From Gemmatimonadota bacterium (GTDB lineage: Bacteria > 4572-55 > J002), in the NCBI GenBank assembly GCA_003697105.1, contig RFFQ01000138.1, positions 1 to 59,166 on the forward strand: 59,166 bases of DNA, written 5' to 3'. The position numbers and the translations under genes were made by a program. Positions 38,789 through 47,957 of the stretch are shown here, piece after piece. The notes under the pieces are model-generated. The model searched no databases. It worked only from the letters and a program-made list of their open reading frames with translations, and was not told where the DNA came from. Position 1 is the stretch's first letter. Each line of letters starts with the position of its first letter.

Positions 38789-39128
38789 GGTAAATGAACA
38801 TTCTGTGAAAAGGTCGATTTGCTCGGGGCTTGCTTTGAAAGGAGAAGGCACCGTCATTTCTCAGCAAAGAGGTTGTAGGAGAAGGCGTGAGCACATCGAC
38901 CTTCCTCACAGAATTTTGTCATGCGAAGAGAATTCCCCAGGGAGGAGAGATTACCGTTTTGCCGGGGGATAAAAGCGGTAATCGAGGAATTCTCGTTCGC
39001 ATAGGTTGTGAAAGAACTTACATTGGGAGAAACCGTCAGGGGATTCCGCATGGGAGGGTCGTCCGCCATAACATCCACTCCCGCTGTTCCTTCAAGAAAC
39101 GCCCCCTGACGGTGTCTTACCGTCAGGG
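38752..39128 (-). ncRNA. Candidate structured RNA / long structured 3' UTR
   Basis: Three consecutive long hairpins (39032-39113, 38921-39002, 38800-38914) ending in an intrinsic terminator. Confidence 0.5.
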
Positions 39129-39590
39129 TGTGGTTTTACTGGCATACATCTCGACCGGATCGGTACTATCGGCGATTCCAGCAGGGGAAGCACCGGTCCG
39201 GTCATCCAGTTCCAAGTCCGTTTCATCCAGAACACGCACCACCAATTCACTAAGCCGGCTCATGGAAAACGGTTTGTAGATGTATTCATCAACACCCAAA
39301 TCTCGGATTCGTTGTTCCATTTTGTGGACATTGTAGGCGGTCATCAAAATGACTTTTGTTTGGGGACTCACCTTTTTTGCAACCGAGATAAATTCCAACC
39401 CACTAATGCCCGGCAATTTCAAGTCCGAAATCAGCAAATCATAGGTCTGATGTTGCATCATTTTCAAGGCATCTTCACCACTATGGGTTGTATGAACCAC
39501 ATAATTTGGGTTTTCGCTCAACTCTTCGGCGAGCAAAAAGGTGAAGATTCGCTCATCATCTATAATCAAGATATATTTCGATGTTTGCAT
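39123..39590 (-). CDS. Single-domain response regulator (REC with short acidic tail)
   Basis: 'IIDDE', 'SDLKLPG.SG', 'MTAY', 'KPF'. Confidence 0.88.
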   Translation of the reverse strand: MQTSKYILIIDDERIFTFLLAEELSENPNYVVHTTHSGEDALKMMQHQTYDLLISDLKLPGISGLEFISVAKKVSPQTKVILMTAYNVHKMEQRIRDLGVDEYIYKPFSMSRLSELVVRVLDETDLELDDRTGASPAGIADSTDPVEMYASKTTP

Positions 39591-39649
39591 TGCAACCCCT
39601 CAATTCATATCAGTTGAACGGGTATTCGTCGATCTGTAAATTGGCAGAT

Positions 39650-39666
39650 TGCAATGCCTATACCAG
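39650..39666 (-). promoter_or_regulatory. sigma54 -24/-12 promoter
   Basis: Minus strand CTGGTATAGGCATTGCA with exact GG-N10-GC spacing, about 60 bp upstream of the REC gene. Confidence 0.75.
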
Positions 39667-39693
39667 ATTTTTGGAAGGAAGATTCGTAATTAC

Positions 39694-39706
39694 TAACTTA
39701 CTGATA
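39694..39706 (-). promoter_or_regulatory. IHF-type binding site
   Basis: TATCAG-TAAG-TTA fits WATCAR-N4-TTR, located between the sigma54 promoter and the putative UAS. Confidence 0.55.
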
Positions 39707-39751
39707 TAGTTGATGTTATTGGGATTGGTAAACGGCGTGAGAGGGATAATA

Positions 39752-39790
39752 GGGGCTGAATTTCATTGAAAAGGAAAATTATTCAGCCCC
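39752..39790. promoter_or_regulatory. Putative upstream activator sequence
   Basis: Perfect 10-bp inverted repeat GGGGCTGAAT-N19-ATTCAGCCCC, about 110-150 bp upstream of the predicted start site. Confidence 0.45.
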
Positions 39791-39888
39791 AAAGTCGTAG
39801 GAAGGAAACCTTCTATAGGGTATAACCCTTTATTTATCAGACAAATAAATCGTCTGAAAAAAAGTTAAAAGGTTTGAAAAGATATTTT

Positions 39889-41385
39889 TCAGACATCGTC
39901 GTTCTCATCGCTGTCCATAATATCTTGACTGCGGATACCGAATTTGTTCATCCGGTAGCGGAAGGATTGGCGGGACACTCCGACTAATTTCGCCGCTCGA
40001 ACCTGATTACCGTGGGTTAAGGCTAAAGCTTGTTCCACAATGGCGCGTTCGGCGATTTCCATCATCTCATTGAATGGCATTCCTTTTTCCGGCAGCCGCA
40101 CATGTACCGGTGTATTTTCATCCAGATAAATGCCTGTGGATTCCGTTTCCTCGGATAAAGCTAAAATGGTATCCGTAGAGGGATGGCTTTCGATTTCAAT
40201 CGGTATCGTTGCCGTATCCAAAAATAGGTGCTCGGGACCAATTTCCGACCCGCTGCACAAAATCACGGCGCGTTCAATCACATTTTTTAATTCGCGGATA
40301 TTGCCGGGCCAGTTATATTCCAGCATTACTTTTTTTGCCGCCTCCGTGAAGCCCCGAATGGTGCGGCCTACCGCTTTGGAGCGTTCATCTAAAAAGGCAC
40401 GGGCAACCAGCAAAATATCTTCTTTCCGGTCTCGTAGAGGGGGCAACTGAATCGGCATAACGTTAAGCCGGTAATACAAATCTTCCCGAAATTCATTGAG
40501 GCGCACCGCCTCTTTTAGATCGCGGTTGGTGGCGGCAATGATCCGCAGATTGACATAAACATCTTTTGTCCCTCCGACCCGCTTGAACTTGCGAGTTTCC
40601 AACACGCGCAATAATTTCACTTGTACATTCGGGTGCATATCGCCGATTTCATCCAGAAAGAGGGTACCCCCATCCGCCAGTTCTAACAGCCCCAATTTCC
40701 GGCGCTTGGCGCCCGTGAAGGCACCCGGTTCATAGCCGAAAAGTTCACTTTCCAGCAAATTTTCCGGGATGGCAGCGCAGTTGATCTCTAAAAAGGCTTG
40801 TTCCGCACGAGGGCTTTGGTAGTGAACTAAATTGGCAATCAGTTCCTTACCGGTGCCACTTTCTCCTTGAATGAGTACCGTCGTGGTGTCGCTCCGCGCT
40901 ACTTTTGCCACGATGTCATACACATACTCCATATTTTTAGAGCGACCGACCACATAATCCATCCCAATTTTGATCTTGCCCCGTTTTTCTTCCCGGAGAT
41001 ACTCCACTTCACGGCGCAGTTTTTCCTTCTCCAGCAATTGCTGAATTGTGATTTTAAGTTTATCTAAATCAAACGGTTTTTCCAGATAGTCAACCGCACC
41101 GATTTTGGTGGCTTGGACAGCACTCCGCACTGAGCCGTGCGCCGTCATGATAATCACTTGGGAATCCAAATGATTGTCTTTGATCTGTTTTAGCACCTCA
41201 ATACCATTCATTCCCGGCAGGACCAGATCGAGCAAAATCACATCTGGGACAATCTTTTTGGCGATTTCAACAGCGTCTTCGCCCGTACCGGCCCCGACGA
41301 CTTCATATTCCAACTGTTTGAGATACCGCTCCAAATTCAACCGGAACGATTCTTTATCATCTACGACCAAAATAACCGGTGACAT
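39889..41385 (-). CDS. sigma54-dependent response regulator (NtrC/AtoC-type bEBP)
   Basis: REC, 'GESGTGKE', 'ESELFG..GAFTGA', 'FLDEIG', 'WPGNIREL', Fis-type HTH. Confidence 0.95.
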   Translation of the reverse strand: MSPVILVVDDKESFRLNLERYLKQLEYEVVGAGTGEDAVEIAKKIVPDVILLDLVLPGMNGIEVLKQIKDNHLDSQVIIMTAHGSVRSAVQATKIGAVDYLEKPFDLDKLKITIQQLLEKEKLRREVEYLREEKRGKIKIGMDYVVGRSKNMEYVYDIVAKVARSDTTTVLIQGESGTGKELIANLVHYQSPRAEQAFLEINCAAIPENLLESELFGYEPGAFTGAKRRKLGLLELADGGTLFLDEIGDMHPNVQVKLLRVLETRKFKRVGGTKDVYVNLRIIAATNRDLKEAVRLNEFREDLYYRLNVMPIQLPPLRDRKEDILLVARAFLDERSKAVGRTIRGFTEAAKKVMLEYNWPGNIRELKNVIERAVILCSGSEIGPEHLFLDTATIPIEIESHPSTDTILALSEETESTGIYLDENTPVHVRLPEKGMPFNEMMEIAERAIVEQALALTHGNQVRAAKLVGVSRQSFRYRMNKFGIRSQDIMDSDENDDV

Positions 41386-41396
41386 ACATTATCCCC

Positions 41397-42239
41397 CTAT
41401 GGTGTTACCTTGATATAATTTTTTTCCCAAAGATAGTGCAAGATCGGCTCGATGTGATGATAGGGCTGATTCAGAGCCGTGGCAATTTCTTCCCCTGTTT
41501 TTTGACCACGGAGATGAAACAACAAATCGATGCCGGTATTTCCAAATTGTTGGTGATAAGATTGGTAGCTGGGGCTTGTGGGATTCGCCAACTCAAAAGC
41601 GGAGGGGTCACGTACCAAAATTGACGCTCGGAAGTCAATGGTTTGAGGTACGGCGGGACTTGATGGTACGGTTTCAGGCGCTTGGGATGGGGTTGCAAAC
41701 ACGACCATCTGCATATCCGGTTGTTGTGTCATTTCATCTGGGGGTTTAATCGGCAACAATTCAGGGTCATCGTCCCGAAACAGCCCGATCACCCGTCCCA
41801 TTTCCGCAAAAATAACCGCGACATGGGACCCATGTTCCAGACGGATAGCACCACTGCCTTGATTTGCCAGCAATAGCCCCATTTGTAATGGATAATCTCC
41901 GTGGGGATAGTGAACTCCCGGTACAGAAAACAATTTGCGGCAATGATGTGCCACCTCAGGCGATAGCTCATAAAAGGTGACCTCACCCGAACGATGTTGC
42001 GCTTGTGCCAATATCTCGGGTTGCAAAGTTTTTGAAACCTGACGGTTTCCGCTATCTTCCAGAACAGACCCGCCGATGTCGCCCCGGTCAATCAAAATGA
42101 GACTTTCATCAGCCCCGTACTGGAACCTCAAATACCCTGAAAACGCAATCAATTTTAATTTTTTTAAGGTTCGTTCCAGATGAATATAGCGAGTTTCCAA
42201 TCCGGTGTGAAGGACGGTTCCACGTGGTAAAAAAGGCAT
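41397..42239 (-). CDS. Hypothetical protein with DUF4388/PATAN-like repeats
   Basis: 'LPRG..L...L.T.YI.L...L..L....FSGYL.F....LI..G' followed by a second similar unit. Confidence 0.5.
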   Translation of the reverse strand: MPFLPRGTVLHTGLETRYIHLERTLKKLKLIAFSGYLRFQYGADESLILIDRGDIGGSVLEDSGNRQVSKTLQPEILAQAQHRSGEVTFYELSPEVAHHCRKLFSVPGVHYPHGDYPLQMGLLLANQGSGAIRLEHGSHVAVIFAEMGRVIGLFRDDDPELLPIKPPDEMTQQPDMQMVVFATPSQAPETVPSSPAVPQTIDFRASILVRDPSAFELANPTSPSYQSYHQQFGNTGIDLLFHLRGQKTGEEIATALNQPYHHIEPILHYLWEKNYIKVTP

Positions 42240-42254
42240 GGTTTTCGTGCCACC

Positions 42255-42857
42255 TTATGCTTTTGCACGATAAATATCGATCAGACAATCCGTTTTTTCA
42301 ATTAATGCGATGATCGGGCTTAAATCCGTTGAAATTTGCCGGTTGGATAGGTGGTATCCGCCCAATAGCTCCCCTTCATTTAACAAAATGCAGGCAATCA
42401 CCCGGTCATTTTGGGCGCACCGGACACATCCGGTGAACGTTTTCTGGTGCAGGGTATGGATCAACGCCGGTAATTCGACCAACTCACTCTCCAGTCCCAC
42501 TTGAACCGGCTCATTGTGGAACAAGGTATATAACGGTGAGATTTTATCGGGGGAGAGTTCACATAGATCAACGACGGCGTGTTCACTTGGGGAATGCAAC
42601 CGGTCGGATTGGTCGATCTCATTGATCGCTTTGATAAATGCCCGTTGACCGACCACCGTCTGGGTACCATACCGGTAATAAATGCCGGGCATATTGCCGG
42701 ACTTGAATAAGATCAGGGCTTCTTCATGAGTGCTGTGGTAATGGATATAGCCGGAAAAGCGCTGTTCGCCCATGTGTGCCACAAATTTACGAAAATCTAC
42801 AAAATCCACATCCAGGTGCTCAAAAAGGATATGTTCCCGCGGCAGGAGAAGCATCAT
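42255..42857 (-). CDS. Hypothetical protein with two DUF4388/PATAN-like repeats (paralog of the neighbouring gene)
   Basis: Two units 'L....V....I..L....F[ST]G.....IL...G'. Confidence 0.5.
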   Translation of the reverse strand: MMLLLPREHILFEHLDVDFVDFRKFVAHMGEQRFSGYIHYHSTHEEALILFKSGNMPGIYYRYGTQTVVGQRAFIKAINEIDQSDRLHSPSEHAVVDLCELSPDKISPLYTLFHNEPVQVGLESELVELPALIHTLHQKTFTGCVRCAQNDRVIACILLNEGELLGGYHLSNRQISTDLSPIIALIEKTDCLIDIYRAKA

Positions 42858-43766
42858 TTATCCCAATCGAATTCGTTTGTTGAGGTAGGCAGTCAGGGCA
42901 AAATCAAAGGGAGTACGTGTGGTCAAGGGAATATAATCAATGGCTTGTTCGCGGCATTCCCGTTGGTACATCGATTTCATCGCGTTAATTTGTTCCCGAT
43001 ATTCTTTCCGGATAGTCCACGGTTGTGTTAAAATCTCTTCGCCGGTTTCCATATCGCGGAAAATGGCTTCCTGCTGAAAAGGAAATTCCACTTCATCATG
43101 ATCCAGAATATGAAATACAATAACCTCATGGTGTTTGTGACGAAAATGCTTCAATCCCAATAACACCTGTTCCGGGTCATCGAAAAAGTCGGAGATAACA
43201 ATGATCAACCCTCGCCGCTTGATGCGCTCTGCCAATTCGTGGAACGCCACCGAAGCATTCGTGGTTTCACTAGGTTGTAACTGTTCCAATGCCACCAGCA
43301 ACACATGCAAATGGCTGCGAATAGAACGCGGGGGAATGTATTGCCGGACATGGTTGTCAAACGTAAGCAACCCGACAGCATCTTGTTGTTTAATTAGCAG
43401 ATACGCTAATGACGCCGCCAAATACGATCCGTACTCTAATTTGCTGACCGTTTTAGGCGCATGATAGCCCATCGATGCACTCGAATCCAACAAAATATAG
43501 GCTTTAAGATTTGTCTCTTCTTCGTATTCTTTGATATAAAATCGATCCGTCTTGCCAAAAACTTTCCAGTCGATATGTTTCAGCGGGTCCCCCGGCATAT
43601 ATTGCCGGTGCTCGGCAAATTCAACACTAAACCCATGATAGGGACTTTTGTGTAAACCCGTGACAAAGCCTTCCACAACTAAACGCGCACGGAGTTCCAT
43701 ATTGCGCAATTTGGAGACAACCTCCGGATCAAGATACTTACGACTGGCATCGTTAGTTTTTGACAT
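42858..43766 (-). CDS. DUF58 family VWA-like protein (MoxR-associated)
   Basis: 'G.H.S...G.S.EF.EHR.Y.PGD....IDWK', 'DSSASM', 'ISDF'. Confidence 0.92.
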   Translation of the reverse strand: MSKTNDASRKYLDPEVVSKLRNMELRARLVVEGFVTGLHKSPYHGFSVEFAEHRQYMPGDPLKHIDWKVFGKTDRFYIKEYEEETNLKAYILLDSSASMGYHAPKTVSKLEYGSYLAASLAYLLIKQQDAVGLLTFDNHVRQYIPPRSIRSHLHVLLVALEQLQPSETTNASVAFHELAERIKRRGLIIVISDFFDDPEQVLLGLKHFRHKHHEVIVFHILDHDEVEFPFQQEAIFRDMETGEEILTQPWTIRKEYREQINAMKSMYQRECREQAIDYIPLTTRTPFDFALTAYLNKRIRLG

Positions 43767-43785
43767 GCTATTCCTTGAGTGTCTA

Positions 43786-43847
43786 AGGGATCAGGGTTTA
43801 GGGATCAGGAGTTAGAGATTCAAATTTAAACCTTGATCCGTAAACCT
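43786..43847. repeat. Heptamer tandem repeat with a downstream inverted copy
   Basis: AGGGATC-AGGGTTT-AGGGATC-AGGAGTT-AGAGATT followed by the roughly complementary AAACCTTGATCCGTAAACCT. Confidence 0.5.
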
Positions 43848-43878
43848 CAATAAAGGTGAAATAAATTTTGTCTTTGGG

Positions 43879-43907
43879 ATAATATGAGATAGAGTACGGA
43901 TTGTCAA
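43879..43907 (-). promoter_or_regulatory. sigma70 promoter of the DUF58-bEBP operon
   Basis: TTGACA-N17-TATTAT on the minus strand. Confidence 0.7.
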
Positions 43908-44023
43908 TCGTAAAGTCATCGGGCACACCATCAATTTTAAGTTGGATTCGTGTTTTTATCGGTTGACACGGATTCTCTTCTGTATTACCGTTGGGAAAAA
44001 TTTACCCCAGTTAAAGATAGATT

Positions 44024-45709
44024 ATGTTTTTACCGAGCATTCAGGGCACTTTTCGAGGAATTCGCGACTTACGGCGGGCACAAACCATTTTAGGCGTGCT
44101 TGTCAGCTATGGTTTTGGTTGGTTAGTCGAACGGATCACCCCCGGTTGGCGTGCCAAAAAGGCGTACCCCCTTGAAGAGGACGTGACAAAATTAACGCCA
44201 CCTCAGCGTGTTCGGCGAATGATGGAAGCGCTCGGTCCCTCCTTCATCAAGTTGGGACAAATGCTCAGTTCTCGACCCGACCTCGTTCCCCCGGATTATG
44301 CCGAAGAATTCAAACATTTACAAGCCCATACCACCCCTTTTCCATACCATCAAGTGAAGGAGATCATCCAGAGAGAGTTTAACCAACCTGTGGAAAACTT
44401 GTTTCAGGAGTTTGAGGTCAAACCGTTTTCAGCCGCATCAATTTCACAAGTCCATCGGGCGGTATTGCATTCTGGGGAGCGGGTGGTAGTCAAGGTACAA
44501 CGTCCGAACATCGAACACCTCATGATGTCCGACATTAGTATCGTACGGCGACTGGCGGAATTGATAGAAAAACTCGACCTGTATGAACTCAGTCACTATA
44601 ACCTGACCGGCATTGTTGACGAATTTGAAAAAGTCACTCGCCGGGAGTTGGATTTCACCGTTGAAGGGAAAAATGGTGACCGGTTTCGCGCCAATTTTGC
44701 TGGAAATCCAGCGGTCTATTTCCCCAAAGTATTCTGGGAGCGTACCACGGAGCGGGTGCTGACCGTTGAAGAAATCCGAGGCCAACATCTTTCCGAGGTG
44801 ACCCACTTACTACCATCAGAAAAACGCACGATCACAACCCAACTTGCTCAACTTAGTCTAACACAATTATTTAAACATGGTTTTTTTCATGCCGATCCCC
44901 ATCATGGGAATATTTTTTTGCTCCCCGATAATGTGATCGTGTTGATTGATTTTGGTATGACCGGACGGATCGATTACATGATGATGGACCGGTTAGCAGA
45001 TTTGTTCCTTGGCGTGATGGATCAGGACGCTCACATGTGCGCCCGGGTGGTCGTTGAAGTCGGTGACCCCAACGGAAATGTGGAGATAGACCACCACCGC
45101 TTACGGCTCGACATTGCCGATATGCTAGACCGGCATGCCAGCGGTAGTCTGGATCAACTGAATATTAACCAAATCATCACCGAAACCCTAAACACGATCC
45201 GTAAATATCGCCTTAAACCCCCACCCGAACTGGTGTTGATGAGCCGGGCTTTACTTACATTAGAAGGTGTTGCCCATGATTTTTACCCGGAATTTAATCT
45301 GTTTGAAGAGTTAATCCCTTTTGCCAAAGAGATCATCGCCCGCCGTTATTCCCCCAAACGGTTGGTGAAAAATGCCGGTTACACCGCGTATGATGTGAGC
45401 CAATTACTCCAGATTTTACCGTATGAACTGCGGCAACTCCTGCGAAAATTCCGGCAAGGGTCTATCCGGCAAGAAATCGAACTGCGCGACCTGCGAAAAA
45501 TTTTGAGTGAATTAGAACTCATCACCACCCGGCTCGTGTTTGGTATGATTTTATCGGCACTGATCATCGGCTTTTCACTGATTTTTGCCAGTGGAAAAAT
45601 CAGTGGTGTGCTGGACTTATTCACTTCCATCGGTAGCATCGGGTTTTTGATTGTGACCGTCTTAGGGTTATGGCTGATTATTTCCATCTTACGAGGTGGT
45701 AAAATCTGA
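44024..45709 (+). CDS. ubiB: ABC1/AarF/UbiB family kinase
   Basis: 'LGPSFIKLGQ.LS.RPD', 'AASISQVH', 'VKVQRP', 'HADPH.GN', 'DFGM.G'; C-terminal TMs. Confidence 0.9.
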   Translation: MFLPSIQGTFRGIRDLRRAQTILGVLVSYGFGWLVERITPGWRAKKAYPLEEDVTKLTPPQRVRRMMEALGPSFIKLGQMLSSRPDLVPPDYAEEFKHLQAHTTPFPYHQVKEIIQREFNQPVENLFQEFEVKPFSAASISQVHRAVLHSGERVVVKVQRPNIEHLMMSDISIVRRLAELIEKLDLYELSHYNLTGIVDEFEKVTRRELDFTVEGKNGDRFRANFAGNPAVYFPKVFWERTTERVLTVEEIRGQHLSEVTHLLPSEKRTITTQLAQLSLTQLFKHGFFHADPHHGNIFLLPDNVIVLIDFGMTGRIDYMMMDRLADLFLGVMDQDAHMCARVVVEVGDPNGNVEIDHHRLRLDIADMLDRHASGSLDQLNINQIITETLNTIRKYRLKPPPELVLMSRALLTLEGVAHDFYPEFNLFEELIPFAKEIIARRYSPKRLVKNAGYTAYDVSQLLQILPYELRQLLRKFRQGSIRQEIELRDLRKILSELELITTRLVFGMILSALIIGFSLIFASGKISGVLDLFTSIGSIGFLIVTVLGLWLIISILRGGKI

Positions 45710-45728
45710 CAGCTCACCAAAATTTATA

Positions 45729-45757
45729 TTGACTTTGGCGAGCCAATCTTCTACAAT
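45729..45757 (+). promoter_or_regulatory. sigma70 promoter
   Basis: TTGACT-N17-TACAAT. Confidence 0.6.
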
Positions 45758-45878
45758 CATTGAAACTCAATACGTTATGTCGCTTTATTTTTGGTGGGTG
45801 GAATGCGTATCCGCTTTAAACCAACAAATGAGGGGGCTTTAGTATTTTTAGGACTATTGAACCCAACATGATTACACC

Positions 45879-46952
45879 ATGAAAATAAAAATAATATTCT
45901 GCTTACTCAGCATCTGGATTCTCTCTTCTTGCAATCCGCGCTTGCCCAAGGACGAAAAAACCGGTAAGCCCATGTCCGTTGGGAGTTATGATCGCATTCT
46001 CGTCCTGATGGATAACGCCGAATGGAATGAGTATGGCGAGGAAATCACTCGCATACTAAGTAAGCCGGTCTATCTTTCCCCCGGACAGTACAATTATGAA
46101 ACCGTATATGACATTATTCGCGGTGATAATTATCAGCTTAAAAATTATCTCGTCCGCAAAAATATGTTCTGGTTTTGTACACTGGATTCAGATGGTCCGG
46201 TTTCCCAACGAGTGCGCGATATTGTGGATGATGGGACGTTAGCTAGAGCGGAGCAACAGGGGGGTCAATTGTTTATCCAACGGGATGCGTGGGCCGCGGA
46301 TCAATTGATGTTTATCTTGATTGCCCGTAATGCCGATCTGCTGATGAAAGCGTTTCACCAATATTATCCCAAAATCGATGAAATTATGGAAGAGGCTTAC
46401 CGGCAGCGTACCCTTGCCGGACTGTATAATTACGGGGAACAGACCGAATTTGCCCGGCATTTTCAATACCAGTACGGGTGGCATCTTCGTATCCCGCGGG
46501 GATATGTCAAGATGAATGAAGTTGTTACGCCTGAAACCGCGGAACACCAACGCGGGTTCACTTGGTTTCGGAAGCGCGTACCGGGGTTAGACCGGATACT
46601 CTTTGTCTATTGGGAGGAAGCCGATAGTACCACGCTAACCCCCGACTACTGTTTCAACAAACGGGACGAACTAACCGGAACATACTATGAAGGGGATAAA
46701 CTGGATCGGGAAATCTCTACAGTTGATACCGTCACCTTTTTAGGAAAACGAGGGTATAAAATCGAGGGATTTTGGGTCAATGAACAGTATGTCATTGGGG
46801 GTCCCATGCGCTCCTACACGTTTTACTCGCCCGAAGATAGGCGCATTTACATGATCGATCTGTGTCTTTATGCCCCCGGTGAAGATAAATACCTAGCCAT
46901 GACCCGGTTAGACTTGATTGCCCATACCTTTTCTACCCAACCCATTCCCTAA
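45879..46952 (+). CDS. DUF4837-like lipoprotein
   Basis: Lipobox LSSC; 'D.WA..Q', 'G.W.....GGP...Y', 'YAPG.DK'. Confidence 0.7.
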   Translation: MKIKIIFCLLSIWILSSCNPRLPKDEKTGKPMSVGSYDRILVLMDNAEWNEYGEEITRILSKPVYLSPGQYNYETVYDIIRGDNYQLKNYLVRKNMFWFCTLDSDGPVSQRVRDIVDDGTLARAEQQGGQLFIQRDAWAADQLMFILIARNADLLMKAFHQYYPKIDEIMEEAYRQRTLAGLYNYGEQTEFARHFQYQYGWHLRIPRGYVKMNEVVTPETAEHQRGFTWFRKRVPGLDRILFVYWEEADSTTLTPDYCFNKRDELTGTYYEGDKLDREISTVDTVTFLGKRGYKIEGFWVNEQYVIGGPMRSYTFYSPEDRRIYMIDLCLYAPGEDKYLAMTRLDLIAHTFSTQPIP

Positions 46953-46969
46953 CATTAAGGATTGACGAT

Positions 46970-47914
46970 ATGAATATTCTCATCACCGGTGGTGCCGGAT
47001 TTATCGGTTCTAATGTCGCGGATGCTTTTTTGGCAGAAGGGCATCGTGTCATTATTGTGGATAATCTAAGTACCGGCAAGCGGGAAAATCTGCCACCGGA
47101 AGCGATCTTTTACGAAGTGGATATACGGGATGCAGATCAATTGGAAGCCGTATTTAAACGCGAATCCATCGACATTATTGATCACCATGCCGCTCAGATG
47201 AGCGTTCCGGCATCGGTGGCGGACCCCGTGTACGATGCCAATGTAAATGTCATCGGGTTACTCAACTTGATGCAGTGCGCAGTCAAATACGGCGTGAAAA
47301 AAGTCATTTTTATCTCATCGGGTGGCGCGATTTACGGGGAAAGCGAGACCTTCCCCATTACAGAAGATATGCCGGTTCAACCCGTTTCCCCGTATGCGAT
47401 CACCAAATACGTCTCAGAGCATTATTTGCGTTTCTATTGGCATCAATACAATCTTCCGTACACTATTTTGCGCTATGCCAATGTGTATGGTCCCCGCCAA
47501 ATTCCACATGGCGAAGCGGGTGTAGTTGCCATTTTTATCGAAGCTTTGCTCGCTAACAAAACCCCGAAAATTTTCACCTTCCCGGATATGCCGGAAGGGA
47601 TGATCCGAGATTATGTTTTTGTCGGTGATGTCGTTCAGGCGAATTTACGGGTACTCCAGCATGGGGATGGGGAAGCCTATAATATAGGCACGGGAATCCA
47701 AACCACAACCTTAACCCTTCTGAAAACGATTCAGAATGCAATCGGTACCGGGATAACACCTGTTTTTTCGGAGGCTCGTGCCGGAGATTTGCGCTGTAGC
47801 CAACTAGATATTACCAAAGCCGCCCAACATCTGGGTTGGCAACCGGAATATGACCTTAAAACGGGCATCCAAAAGACCGTAAATTATTATCGAAAGGAGG
47901 AACATCTTCCCTAA
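46970..47914 (+). CDS. NAD-dependent epimerase (UDP-glucose 4-epimerase-like)
   Basis: 'TGGAGFIGS', YxxxK 'YAITK', 'RYANVYGPRQ', 'RDYV.V.DV'. Confidence 0.9.
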   Translation: MNILITGGAGFIGSNVADAFLAEGHRVIIVDNLSTGKRENLPPEAIFYEVDIRDADQLEAVFKRESIDIIDHHAAQMSVPASVADPVYDANVNVIGLLNLMQCAVKYGVKKVIFISSGGAIYGESETFPITEDMPVQPVSPYAITKYVSEHYLRFYWHQYNLPYTILRYANVYGPRQIPHGEAGVVAIFIEALLANKTPKIFTFPDMPEGMIRDYVFVGDVVQANLRVLQHGDGEAYNIGTGIQTTTLTLLKTIQNAIGTGITPVFSEARAGDLRCSQLDITKAAQHLGWQPEYDLKTGIQKTVNYYRKEEHLP

Positions 47915-47957
47915 GCGTTTAACACATCAGGAGTTGGATATTGAGGTGCTAAACCAG

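Noticed and set aside
38854-39078. 74-aa ORF as a confident gene
   Set aside because: No recognisable domain, and it runs through strong hairpins; kept only as a possibility within the RNA finding.
38752-39128. tmRNA, RNase P RNA, or a riboswitch controlling ald
   Set aside because: Lacks the tRNA-like ends of tmRNA and the GAGGAAAGUCC signature of RNase P. ald has its own promoter (38599-38627) downstream of the terminator.
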